38,345 nt of DNA from Octopus sinensis (lineage: Eukaryota): contig NW_021834870.1 of assembly GCF_006345805.1 (NCBI RefSeq), positions 1-38,345 on the forward strand, written 5' to 3'. A model generated the notes under the pieces. The model was not told where the DNA came from and ran no database searches. It saw nothing but the letters and a program-made list of their open reading frames with translations. Both the position numbers and the translations under genes were made by a program. This document shows positions 21,901 through 36,900 of the stretch, one piece after another. How positions within the stretch are numbered: position 1 is the first letter of the stretch; every line of letters starts with the position of its first letter.

Positions 21901-24900
21901 ATATTGATGTTTATGCTATGCAGACAGAACGAACACACATACACAGAGCGTGGTTGATGCTATGTCGACGGAACGAACACACGTACACAGACATATTGAT
22001 GTTTATGCTATGCAGACAGAACGAACACACATACACAGAGCGTGGTTGATGCTATGTCTACGGAACGAACACACGTACACAGACATATTGATGTTTATGC
22101 TATGCGACGGAACGAACACACATATACACAGAGCGTGGTTGATGCTATGTCGACGGAACGAACACACTACACAGACATATTGATGTTTATGCTATGCAAC
22201 AAACGAACACACATACACAGAGCGTGGTTGATGCTATGTCGACGGAACGAACACACGTACACAGACATATTGATGTTTATGCTATGCAGACGAACGAACA
22301 CACATACACAGAGCGTGGTTGATGCTATGTCGACGGAACGAACACACGTACACAGACATATTGATGTTTATGCTATGCAGACAGAACGAACACACATCAC
22401 AGAGCGTGGTTGATGCTATGTCTACGGAACGAACACACGTACACAGACAGATTGATGTTTATGCTATTCAGACAGAACGAACACACATACACAGAGCGTG
22501 GTTGATGCTATGTCTACGGACGAACACACGTACACAGACAGATGATGTTTATGCTATGCTACGGAACGAACACACGTACACAGACAGATTGATGTTTATG
22601 CTATGCAGACAGAACGAACACACATACACAGAGCGTGGTTGCTGCTATGTCTACGGAACGAACACACGTACACAGACAGATTGATGTTTATGCTATGCAG
22701 ACGCAACGAACACACACACAGAGCGTGGTTGATGCTATGTCTACGGAACGAACACACGTACACAGACAGATTGATGTTTATGCTATGCAGACGGAACGAA
22801 CACACATACAGAGCGTGGTTGATGCTATGTCTACGGAACGAACACCGTACACAGACAGATGGATGTTTATGCTATGCAGACGAACGAACACACGTACACA
22901 GACGTTTGATGTTGATGCTATGCAGACAAACGAACACACATACACAGACGTGGTTGATGCTATGCTACGGAACGAACACACGTACACAGACAGATTGATG
23001 TTTATGCTATAGACGGAACGAACACACGTACACAGACAGATTGATGTTTATGCTATGCAGACAGAACGAACACACATACACAAAGCGTTGTTGATGCTAT
23101 GTCTACGGAACGAACACACGAACACAGACAGATTGATGTTTATGCTATGCAAACAGAACGAACACACATACACAGAGCGTGGTTGATGCTATGTAAACGG
23201 AACGAACACACGTACACAGACAGATTGATGTTTATGCTATGCAAACAGAACGAACACACATACACAGAGCGTGGTTGATGCTATGTAAACGGAACGAACA
23301 CACGTACACAGACAGATTGATGTTTATGCTATGCAAACAGAACGAACACACATACACAGAGCGTGGTTGATGCTATGTAAACGGAACGAACACACGAACA
23401 CAGACAGATTGATGTTTATGCTATGCAAACAGAACGAACACACATACACAGAGCGTGGTTGATGCTATGTCTACGGAACGAACACACGTACACAGACAGA
23501 TTGATGTTTATGCTATGCAGACGGAACGAACACACGTACACAGACAGATTGATGTTTATGCTATGCAGACAGAACGAACACACATACACAAAGCGTTGTT
23601 GATGCTATGTCTACGGAACGAACACACGAACACAGACAGATTGATGTTTATGCTATGCAAACAGAACGAACACACATACACAGAGCGTGGTTGATGCTAT
23701 GTAAACGGAACGAACACACGTACACAGACAGATTGATGTTTATGCTATGCAAACAGAACGAACACACATACACAGAGCGTGGTTGATGCTATGTAAACGG
23801 AACGAACACACGTACACAGACAGATTGATGTTTATGCTATGCAAACAGAACGAACACACATACACAGAGCGTGGTTGATGCTATGTAAACGGAACGAACA
23901 CACGAACACAGACAGATTGATGTTTATGCTATGCAAACAGAACGAACGCACATACACAGAGCGTGGTTGATGCTATGTCGACGGAACGAACACACGTACA
24001 CAGACAGATTGATGTTTATGCTATGTAGACAGAACGAACACACATACACAGAGCGTGGTTGATGCTATGTCTACGGAACGAACACACGTACACAGACAGA
24101 TTGATGTTTATGCTATGCAGACGGAACGAACACACGTACACAGACAGATTGATGTTTATGCTATGCAGACAGAACGAACACACATACACAAAGCGTTGTT
24201 GATGCTATGTCTACGGAACGAACACACGAACACAGACAGATTGATGTTTATGCTATGCAAACAGAACGAACACACATACACAGAGCGTGGTTGATGCTAT
24301 GTCGACGGAACGAACACACGTACACAGACAGATTGATGTTTATGCTATGCAGACAGAACGAACACACATACACACAGCGTGGTTGATGCTATGTCTACGG
24401 AACGAACACACGTACACAGACAGATTGATGTTTATGCTATGCAGACAGAACGAACACACATACACAGAGCGTGGTTGATGCTATGTCTACGGAACGAACA
24501 CACGTACACAGACAGATTGATGTTTATGCTATGCAGACAGAACGAACACACATACACATAGCGTGGTTGATGCTATGTAAACGGAACGAACACACGTACA
24601 CAGACAGATTGATGTTTATGCTATGTAGACAGAACGAACGCACATACACAGAGCGTGGTTGATGCTATGTAAACGGAACGAACACACGTACACTGACAGA
24701 TTGATGTTTATGCTATGCAGACAGAACGAACACACATACACAGAGCGTGGTTGATGCTATGTCGACGGAACGAACACACGTACACAGACAGATTGATGTT
24801 TATGCTATGCAGACAGAACGAACACACATACACAGAGCGTGGTTGATGCTATGTAAACGGAACGAACACACGTACACAGACAGATTGATGTTTATGCTAT

Positions 24901-27900
24901 GCAGACAGAACGAACACACATACACAGAGGGTGGTTGATGCTAAGTCTACGGAACGAACACACGTACACAGACAGATTGATGTTTATGCTATGTAGACAG
25001 AACGAACGCACATACACAGAGGGTGGTTGATGCTATGTCGACGGAACGAACACACGTACACAGACAGATTGATGTTTATGCTATGCAGACAGAACGAACA
25101 CACATACACAGAGCGTGGTTGATGCTATGTCTACGGAACGAACACACGTACACAGACAGATTGATGTTTATGCTATGCAGACAGAACGAACACACATACA
25201 CACAGCGTGGTTGATGCTATGTCGACGGAACGAACACACGTACACAGACAGATTGATGTTTATGCTATGCAGACAGAACGAACACACATACACAGAGCGT
25301 GGTTGATGCTATGTCTACGGAACGAACACACGTACACAGACAGATTGATGTTTATGCTATGCAGACAGAACGAACACACATACACAGAGCGTGGTTGATG
25401 CTATGTCGACGGAACGAACACACGTACACAGACAGATTGATGTTTATGCTATGCAGACGTAACGAACACACATACACAGAGCGTGGTTGATGCTATGTCT
25501 ACGGAACGAACACACGTACACAGACAGATTGATGTTTATGCTATGCAGACGTAACGAACACACATACACAGAGCGTGGTTGATGCTATGTCTACGGAACA
25601 CACGTACACAGACAGATTGATGTTTATGCTATGTAGACGAAAGAACACACATACACAGAGCGTGGTTGATGCTATGTCTACGGAACGAACACACGTACAC
25701 AGACAGATTGATGTTTATGCTATGCAGACAGAACGAACACACATACACAGAGCGTGGTTGATGCTAAGTCTACGGAACGAACACACGTACACAGACAGAT
25801 TGATGTTTATGCTATGTAGACAGAACGAACGCACATACACAGAGGGTGGTTGATGCTATGTCGACGGAACGAACACACGTACACAGACAGATTGATGTTT
25901 ATGCTATGCAGACGTAACGAACACACATACACAGAGCGTGGTTGATGCTATGTCTACGGAACGAACACACGTACACAGACAGATTGATTTTTATGCTATG
26001 CAGACAGAACGAACACACATACACAGAGCGTGGTTGATGCTATGTCTACGGAACGAACACACGTACACAGACAGATTGATGTTTATGCTATGCAGACAGA
26101 ACGAACACACATACACAGAGCTTGGTTGATGCTATGTCGACGGAACGAACACACGTACACAGACAGATTGATGTTTATGCTATGCAGACGTAACGAACAC
26201 ACATACACAGAGCGTGGTTGATGCTATGTCTACGGAACGAACACACGTACACAGACAGATTGATGTTTATGCTATGCAGACGTAACGAACACACATACAC
26301 AGAGCGTGGTTGATGCTATGTCTACGGAACGAACACACGTACACAGACAGATTGATGTTTATGCTATGCAGACAGAACGAACACACATACACAGAGCGTG
26401 GTTGATGCTATGTCTACGGAACGAACACACGTACACAGACAGATTGATGTTTATGCTATGCAGACAGAACGAACACACATACACAGAGCGTGGTTGATGC
26501 TATGTCTACGGAACGAACACACGTACACAGACAGATTGATGTTTATGCTATGCAGACAGAACGAACACACATACACAGAGCGTGGTTGATGCTATGCAGA
26601 CGGAACGAACACACGTACACAGACAGATTGATGTTTATGCTATGCAGACAGAACGAACACACATACACACAGCGTGGTTGATGCTATGTCTACGGAACGA
26701 ACACACGTACACAGACAGATTGATGTTTATGCTATGCAGACAGAACGAACACACATACACAAAGCGTTGTTGATGCTACGTCTACGGAACGAACACACGT
26801 ACACAGACAGATTGATGTTTATGCTATGCAGACAGAACGAACACACATACACAGAGCGTGGTTGATGCTATGTCTACGGAACGAACACACGTACACAGAC
26901 AGATTGATGTTTATGCTATGCAGACAGAACGAACACACATACACAGAGCGTGGTTGATGCTATGTCTACGGAACGAACACACGTACACAGACAGATTGAT
27001 GTTTATGCTATGCAGACAGAACGAACACACATACACAGAGCGTGGTGGCTATGCTATGTCTACGGAACGAACACACGTACACAGACAGATTGATGTTTAT
27101 GCTATGCAGACAGAACGAACACATACACAGAGCGTGGTTGATGCTATGTCTACGGAACGAACACACGTACACAGACAGATTGATGTTTATGCTATGCAGA
27201 CAGAACGAACACACATACACAGAGCGTGGTTGATGCTATGTCTACGGAACGAACACACGTACACAGACAGATTGATGTTTATGCTATGCAGACAGAACGA
27301 ACACACATACACAGAGCGTGGTTGATGCTATGTCTACGGAACGAACACACGTACACAGACAGATTGATGTTTATGCTATGCAGACAGAACGAACACACAT
27401 ACACAGAGCGTGGTTGATGCTATGTCTACGGAACGAACACACGTACACAGACAGATTGATGTTTATGCTATGCAGACAGAACGAACACACATACACAGAG
27501 CGTGGTTGATGCTATGTCTACGGAACGAACACACGTACACAGACAGATTGATGTTTATGCTATGCAGACAGAACGAACACACATACACAGAGCGTGGTTG
27601 ATGCTATGTCTACGGAACGAACACACGTACACAGACAGATTGATGTTTATGCTATGCAGACAGAACGAACACACATACACAGAGCGTGGTTGATGCTATG
27701 TCTACGGAACGAACACACGTACACAGACAGATTGATGTTTATGCTATGCAGACAGAACGAACACACATACACAGAGCGTGGTTGATGCTATGTCTACGGA
27801 ACGAACACACGTACACAGACAGATTGATGTTTATGCTATGCAGACAGGACGAACACACATACACAGAGCGTGGTTGATGCTATGCAGACGGAACGAACAC

Positions 27901-30900
27901 ACGTACACAGACAGATTGATGTTTATGCTATGTAGACAGAACGAACACACATACACAGAGCGTGGTTGATGCTATGTCTACGGAACGAACACACGTACAC
28001 AGACAGATTGATGTTTATGCTATGCAGACAGAACGAACACACATACACAGAGCGTGGTTGATGCTATGTCTACGGAACGAACACACGTACACAGACAGAT
28101 TGATGTTTATGCTATGCAGACGGAACGAACACACGTACACAGAGCGTGGTTGATGCTATGTCTACGGAACGAACACACGTACACAGACAGATTGATGTTT
28201 ATGCTATGCAGACAGAACGAACACACATACACAGAGCGTGGTTGATGCTATGTCTACGGAACGAACACACGTACACAGACAGATTGATGTTTATGCTATG
28301 CAGACAGAACGAACACACATACACAGAGCGTGGTTGATGCTATGTCTACGGAACGAACACACGTACACAGACAGATTGATGTTTATGCTATGTGACAGAA
28401 CGAACACACATACACAGAGCGTGGTTGATGCTATGTCTACGGAACGAACACACGTACACAGACAGATTGATGTTTATGCTATGCAGACAGAACGAACACA
28501 CATACACAGAGCGTGGTTGATGCTATGTCTACGGAACGAACACACGTACACAGACAGATTGATGTTTATGCTATGCAGACAGAACGAACACACATACACA
28601 GAGCGTGGTTGATGCTATGTCTACGGAACGAACACACGTACACAGACAGATTGATGTTTATGCTATATGAGACGAACACACATACACAGAGCGTGGTTGA
28701 TGCTATGTCTACGGAACGAACACACGTACACAGACAGATTGATGTTTATGCTATGCAGACAGAACGAACACACATACACAGAGCGTGGTTGAAGCTATGT
28801 CTACGGAACGAACACACGTACACAGACAGATTGATGTTTATGCTATGCAGACAGAACGAACACACATACACAGAGCGTGGTTGAAGCTATGTCTACGGAA
28901 CGAACACACGTACACAGACAGATTGATGTTTATGCTATGCAGACAGAACGAACACACATACACAGAGCGTGGTTGATGCTATGTCTACGGAACGAACACA
29001 CGTACACAGACATTGATGTTTATGCTATGCAGACAGAACGAACACACATACACAGAGCGTGGTTGATGCTATGTCTACGGAACGAACACACGTACACAGA
29101 CAGATTGATGTTTATGCTATGCAGACAGAACGAACACACATACACAGAGCGTGGTTGATGCTATGTCTACGGAACGAACACACGTACACAGACAGATTGA
29201 TGTTTATGCTATGCAGACGGAACGAACACACATACACAGAGCGTGGTTGATGCTATGTCTACGGAACGAACACACGTACACAGACAGATTGATGTTTATG
29301 CTATGCAGACAGAACGAACACACATACACAGAGCGTGGTTGATGCTATGTCTACGGAACGAACACACATACACAGAGCGTGGTTGATGCTATGTCTACGG
29401 AACGAACACACGTACACAGACGTTGATGTTTATGCTACAGACAGAACGAACACACATACACAGAGCGTGGTTGATGCTATGTCTACGGAACGAACACACA
29501 TACACAGAGCGTGGTTGATGCTATGTCTACGGAACGAACACACGTACACAGACAGATTGATGTTTATGCTATGCAGACAGAACGAACACACATACACAGA
29601 GCGTTGTTGATGCTATGTCTACGGAACGAACACACGTACACAGACAGATTGATGTTTATGCTATGCAGACAGAACGAACACACATACACAGAGCGTGGTT
29701 GATGCTATGTCTACGGAACGAACACACATACACAGAGCGTGGTTGATGCTATGTCTACGGAACGAACACACGTACACAGACAGATTGATGTTTATGCTAT
29801 GCAGACAGAACGAACACACATACACAGAGCGTGGTTGATGCTATGTCTACGGAACGAACACACGTACACAGACAGATTGATGTTTATGCTATGCAGACAG
29901 AACGAACACACATACACAGAGCGTGGTTGATGCTATGTCTACGGAACGAACACACGTACACAGACAGATTGATGTTTATGCTATGCAGACAGAACGAACA
30001 CACATACACAGAGCGTGGTTGATGCTATGTCTACGGAACGAACACACGTACACAGACAGATTGATGTTTATGCTATGCAGACAGAACGAACACACATACA
30101 CAGAGCGTGGTTGATGCTATGTCTACGGAACGAACACACGTACACAGACAGATTGATGTTTATGCTATGCAGACAGAACGAACACACATACACAGAGCGT
30201 GGTTGATGCTATGTCTACGGAACGAACACACGTACACAGACAGATTGATGTTTATGCTATGCAGACAGAACGAACACACATACACAGAGCGTTGTTGATG
30301 CTATGTCTACGGAACGAACACACGTACACAGACAGATTGATGTTTATGCTATGCAGACAGAACGAACACACATACACAAAGCGTGGTTGATGCTATGTCT
30401 ACGGAACGAACACACGTACACAGACAGATTGATGTTTATGCTATGCAGACAGAACGAACACACATACACAGAGCGTTGTTGATGCTATGTCTACGGAACG
30501 AACACACGTACACAGACAGATTGATGTTTATGCTATGCAGACAGAACGAACCACATACACAAAGCGTGGTTGATGCTATGTCTACGGAACGAACACACGT
30601 ACACAGACAGATTGATGTTTATGCTATGCAGACAGAACGAACACACATACACAAGCGTTGTTGATGCTATGTCTACGCGAACACACGTACACAGACAGAT
30701 TGATGTTTATGCTATGCAGACAGAACGAACACACATACACAGAGCGTGGTTGATGCTATGTCTACGGAACGAACACACGTACACAGACAGATTGATGTTT
30801 ATGCTATGCAGACAGAACGAACACACATACACAGAGCGTGGTTGATGCTATGTCTACGGAACGAACACACGTACACAGACAGATTGATGTTTATGCTATG

Positions 30901-33900
30901 CAGACAGAACGAACACACATACACAAAGCGTTTTGATGCTATGTCTACGGAACGAACACACGTACAAACACAGATTCATGTTTATGCTATGCAGACAGAA
31001 CGAACACACATACACAAGCGTTGTTGATGCTATGTCTACGGAACGAACACACGTACACAGACAGATTGTTTTTCTATGCAGACAGAACGAACACACATAC
31101 ACAAAGCGTGGTTGATGCTATGTCTACGGAACGAACACACGTACACAGACAGATTGATGTTTATGCTATGCAGACAGAACGAACACACATACACACAGCG
31201 TGGTTGATGCTATGTCTACGGAACGAACACACGTACACAGACAGATTGATGTTTATGCTATGCAGACAGAACGAACACACATACACAAGCGTGGTTGATG
31301 CTATGTCTACGGAACGAACACACGTACACAGACAGATTGATGTTTATGCTATGCAGACAGAACGAACACACATACACAAAGCGTGGTTGATGCTATGTCT
31401 ACGGAACGAACACACGTACACAGACAGATTGATGTTTATGCTATGCAGACAGAACGAACACACATACACAAAGCGTGGTTGATGCTATGTCTACGGAACG
31501 AACACACGTACACAGACAGATTGATGTTTATGCTATGCAGACAGAACGAACACACATACACAAGCGTTGTTGATGCTATGTCTACGGAACGAACACACGT
31601 ACACAGACAGATTGATGTTTATGCTATGCAGACAGAACGAACACACATACACAGAGCGTGGTTGATGCTATGTCTACGGAACGAACACACGTACACAGAC
31701 AGATTGATGTTTATGCTATGCAGACAGAACGAACACACATACACAGAGCGTGGTTGATGCTATGTCTACGAACGAACACACGTACACAGACAGATTGATG
31801 TTTATGCTATGCAGACAGAACGAACACACATACACAGAGCGTGGTTGATGCTATGTCTACGGAACGAACACACGTACACAGACAGATTGATGTTTATGCT
31901 ATGCAGACAGAACGAACACACATACACAGAGCGTGGTTGATGCTATGTCTACGGAACGAACACACGTACACAGACAGATTGATGTTTATGCTATGCAGAC
32001 AGAACGAACACACATACACAGAGCGTGGTTGATGCTATGTCTACGGAACGAACACACGTACACAGACAGATTGATGTTTATGCTATTCAGACAGAACGAA
32101 CACACATACACAGAGCGTGGTTGATGCTATGTCTACGGAACGAACACACGTACACAGACAGATTGATGTTTATGCTATTCAGACAGAACGAACACACATA
32201 CACAGAGCGTGGTTGATGCTATGTCTACGGAACGAACACACGTACACAGACAGATTGATGTTTATGCTATGCAGACAGAACGAACACACATACACAGAGC
32301 GTGGTTGATGCTATGTCTACGGAACGAACACACGTACACAGACAGATTGATGTTTATGCTATGCAGACAGAACGAACACACATACACACAGCGTGGTTGA
32401 TGCTATGTCTACGGAACGAACACACACGTACACAGACATATTGATGTTATGCTATTCAGACAGAACGAACACACATACACACACGCGTGGTTGATGCTAT
32501 GTCTACGGAACGAACACACGTACACAGACAGATTGATGTTTATGCTATTCAGACAGAACGAACACACATACACACAGCGCGTGGTTGATGCTATGTCTAC
32601 GGAACGAACACACGTACACAGACAGATTGATGTTATGCTATGCAGACAGAACGAACACACATACACAGAGCGTGGTTGATGCTATGTCTACGGAACGAAC
32701 ACACGTACACAGACAGATTGATGTTTATGCTATGCAGACAGAACGAACACACATACACACAGCGTGGTTGATGCTATGTCTACGGAACGAACACACGTAC
32801 ACAGACAGATTGATGTTTATGCTATGCAGACGGAACGAACACACCACACACAGCGTGGTTGATGCTATGTCTACGGAACGAACACACGTACACAGACAGA
32901 TTGATGTTTATGCTATTCAGACAGAACGAACACACATACACACAGCGTGGTTGATGCTATGTCTACGGAACGAACACACGTACACAGACAGATTGATGTT
33001 TATGCTATGCAGACAGAACGAACACACATACACAGAGCGTGGTTGATGCTATGTCTACGGAACGAACACACGTACACAGACAGATTGATGTTTATGCTAT
33101 GCAGACAGAACGAACACACATACACAGAGCGTGGTTGATGCTATGTCTACGGAACGAACACACGTACACAGACAGATTGATGTTTATGCTATGCAGACGG
33201 AACGAACACACGTACACAGACAGATTGATGTTTATGCTATGCAGACGGAACGAACACACCTACACAGAGCGTGGTTGATGCTATGTCTACGGAACGAACA
33301 CACGTACACAGACAGATTGATGTTTATGCTATGCAGACAGAACGAACACACATACACAGAGCGTGGTTGATGCTATGTTACGGAACGAACCACACACGTA
33401 CACAGACAGATTGATGTTTATGCTATTCAGACAGAACGAACACACACATACACACAGCGTGGTTGCTGCTATGTCTACGGAACGAACACACGTACACAGA
33501 CAGATTGATGTTTATGCTATCAGACAGAACGAACACACAAACACACAGCGTGGTTGATGCTATGTCTACGGAACGAACACACGTACACAGACAGATTGAT
33601 GTTTATGCTATGCAGACGGAACGAACACACTACACAGAGCGTGGTTGATGCTATGTATACGGAACGAACACACGTACACAGACAGATTGATGTTTTGCTA
33701 TGCAGACAGAACGAACAACACATACACACAGCGTGGTTGATGCTATGTCTACGGAACGAACACACGTACACAGACAGATTGATGTTTATGCTATTCAGAC
33801 AGAACGAACACACATACACACAGCGTGGTTGATGCTATGTCTACGGAACGAACACACGTACACAGACAGATTGATGTTTATGCTATGCAGACAGAACGAA

Positions 33901-36900
33901 CACACATACACACAGCGTGGTTGATGCTATGTCTACGGAACGAACACACGTACACAGACAGATTGATGTTTATGCTATGCAGACGGAACGAACACACCTA
34001 CACAGAGCGTGGTTGATGCTATGTCTACGGAACGAACACACGTACACAGACAGATGATGTTTATGCTATGCAGACAGAACAACACACATACACACAGCGT
34101 GGTGGTTGATGCTATGTCTACGGAACGAACACACGTACACAGACAGATTGATGTTTATGCTATTCAGACAGAACGACACACACATACACACAGCGTGGTT
34201 GCTGCTATGTCTACGGAACGAACAACCGTACACAGAAGATTGATGTTTATGCTATTCAGACAGAACGAAACACATACACACAGCGTGGTTGATGCTATGT
34301 CTACGGAACGAACACACGTACACAGACAGATTGATGTTATGCTATGCAGACAGAAACGACAACACATACACACAGCGTGGTTGATGCTATGTCTACGGAA
34401 CGAAAACACAGTACACAGACAGATTGATGTTTATGCTATTCAGACAGAACGAACACACATACACACAAGCGTGGTTGATGCTATGTCTACGGAACGAACA
34501 CACGTACACAGACAGATTGATGTTTATGCTATGCAGACAGAACGAACACACATACACACAGCGTGGTTGATGTGCTAGCTACGGAACGAACACAAGTACA
34601 CTGACAGATTGATGTTTATGCTATGCAGACAGAACGAACACACATACAACAGCGTGGTTGATGCTATGTCTACGGAACGAACACACGTACACAGACAGAT
34701 TGATGTTTATGCTACGACAGAACGAACAACACATACACAGCGTGGTTGATGCTATGTCTACGGAACGAACACACGTACACTGACAGATTGATGTTTATGC
34801 TATGCAGACAGAACGAACACACATACACACAGCGTGGTTGATGCTATGTCTACGGAACGAACACACGTACACAGACAGATTGATGTTTATGCTATGCAGA
34901 CAGAACGAACCACATACACACAGCGTTGTTGATGCTATGTCTACGGAACGAACAACACGTACACAGACAGATTGATGTTTATGCTATGCAGAACGGAACG
35001 AACACACCTACACAGAGCGTGGTGATGCTATGTCTACGGGGGAACGAAACACGTACACAGACAGATTGATGTTTATTTATGCTTTCAGACGAAACGAAAC
35101 ACACATACACACAGCGGGTTGATGCTATGTCTACGGAACGAACACACGTACACAGACAGATGATGTTTATGCTATGCAGACGGAACGAACACACCACAGA
35201 GCGTGGTTGATGCTATGTCTACGGAACGAACACACGTACACAGAAGATTGATGTTTATGCTATGCAGACAGAACGAACACACATACCACAGCGTGGTTTG
35301 TTGATGCTATGTTACGGAACAGAACACACGTACACAGACAGATTGATGTTTATGCTATTCAGACAGAACGAAAACACATACACACAGCGTGGTTGATGCT
35401 ATGTCTACGGAACGAAACACAGTACACAGACAGATTGATGTTTATGCTATTCAGACAGAACGAACACACATACACACAGCGTGGTTGATGCTATGTCTAC
35501 GGAACGAACACACGTACACAGACAGATTGATGTTTATGCTATGCAGACAGAACGAACACACATACACACAGCGTGGTTGATGCTATGTCTACGGAACGAA
35601 CACACGTACACAGACAGATTGATGTTTATGCTATTCAGACAGAACGAACACACATACACACAGCGTGGTTGCTGCTATGTCTACGGAACGAACACACGTA
35701 CACAGACAGATTGATGTTTATGCTATGCAGACAGAACGAACACACATACACAGAGCGTGGTTGATGCTATGTCTACGGAACGAACACACGTACACAGACA
35801 GATTGATGTTTATGCTATGCAGACGGAACGAACACACGTACACAGACAGATTGATGTTTATGCTATGCAGACGGAACGAACACACATACACAGAGCGTGG
35901 TTGATGCTATGTCTACGGAACGAACACACGTACACAGACAGATTGATGTTTATGCTATGCAGACGGAACGAACACACGTACACAGACAGATTGATGTTTA
36001 TGCTATGCAGACAGAACGAACACACATACACAGAGCGGGGTTGATGCTATGTCTACGGAACGAACACACGTACACAGACAGATTGATGTTTATGCTATGC
36101 AGACAGAACGAACACACATACACAGAGCGGGGTTGATGCTATGTCTACGGAACGAACACACGTACACAGACAGATTGATGTTTATGCTATGCAGACAGAA
36201 CGAACACACATACACAGAGCGTGGTTGATGCTATGTCTACGGAACGAACACACGTACACAGACAGATTGATGTTTATGCTATGCAGACAGAACGAACACA
36301 CATACACAGAGCGTGGTTGATGCTATGTCTACGGAACGAACACACGTACACAGACAGATTGATGTTTATGCTATGCAGACGGAACGAACACACGTACACA
36401 GACAGATTGATGTTTATGCTATGCAGACGGAACGAACACCTACACAAAGCGTGGTTGATGCTATGTCTACGGAACGAACACACGTACACAGACAGATTGA
36501 TGTTTATGCTATGCAGACAGAACGAACACACATACACAGAGCGTGGTTGATGCTATGTCTACGGAACGAACACACGTACACAGACAGATTGATGTTTATG
36601 CTATGCAGACGGAACGAACACACGAACACAGACAGATTGATGTTTATGCTATGCAGACGGAACGAACACACATACACAGAGCGTGGTTGATGCTATGTCT
36701 ACGGAACGAACACACGTACACAGACAGATTGATGTTTATGCTATGCAGACAGAACGAACACACGTACACAGACAGATTGATGTTTATGCTATGCAGACGG
36801 AACGAACACACATACACAGAGCGTGGTTGATGCTATGTCTACGGAACGAACACACGTACACAGACAGATTGATGTTTATGCTATGCAGACGGAACGAACA

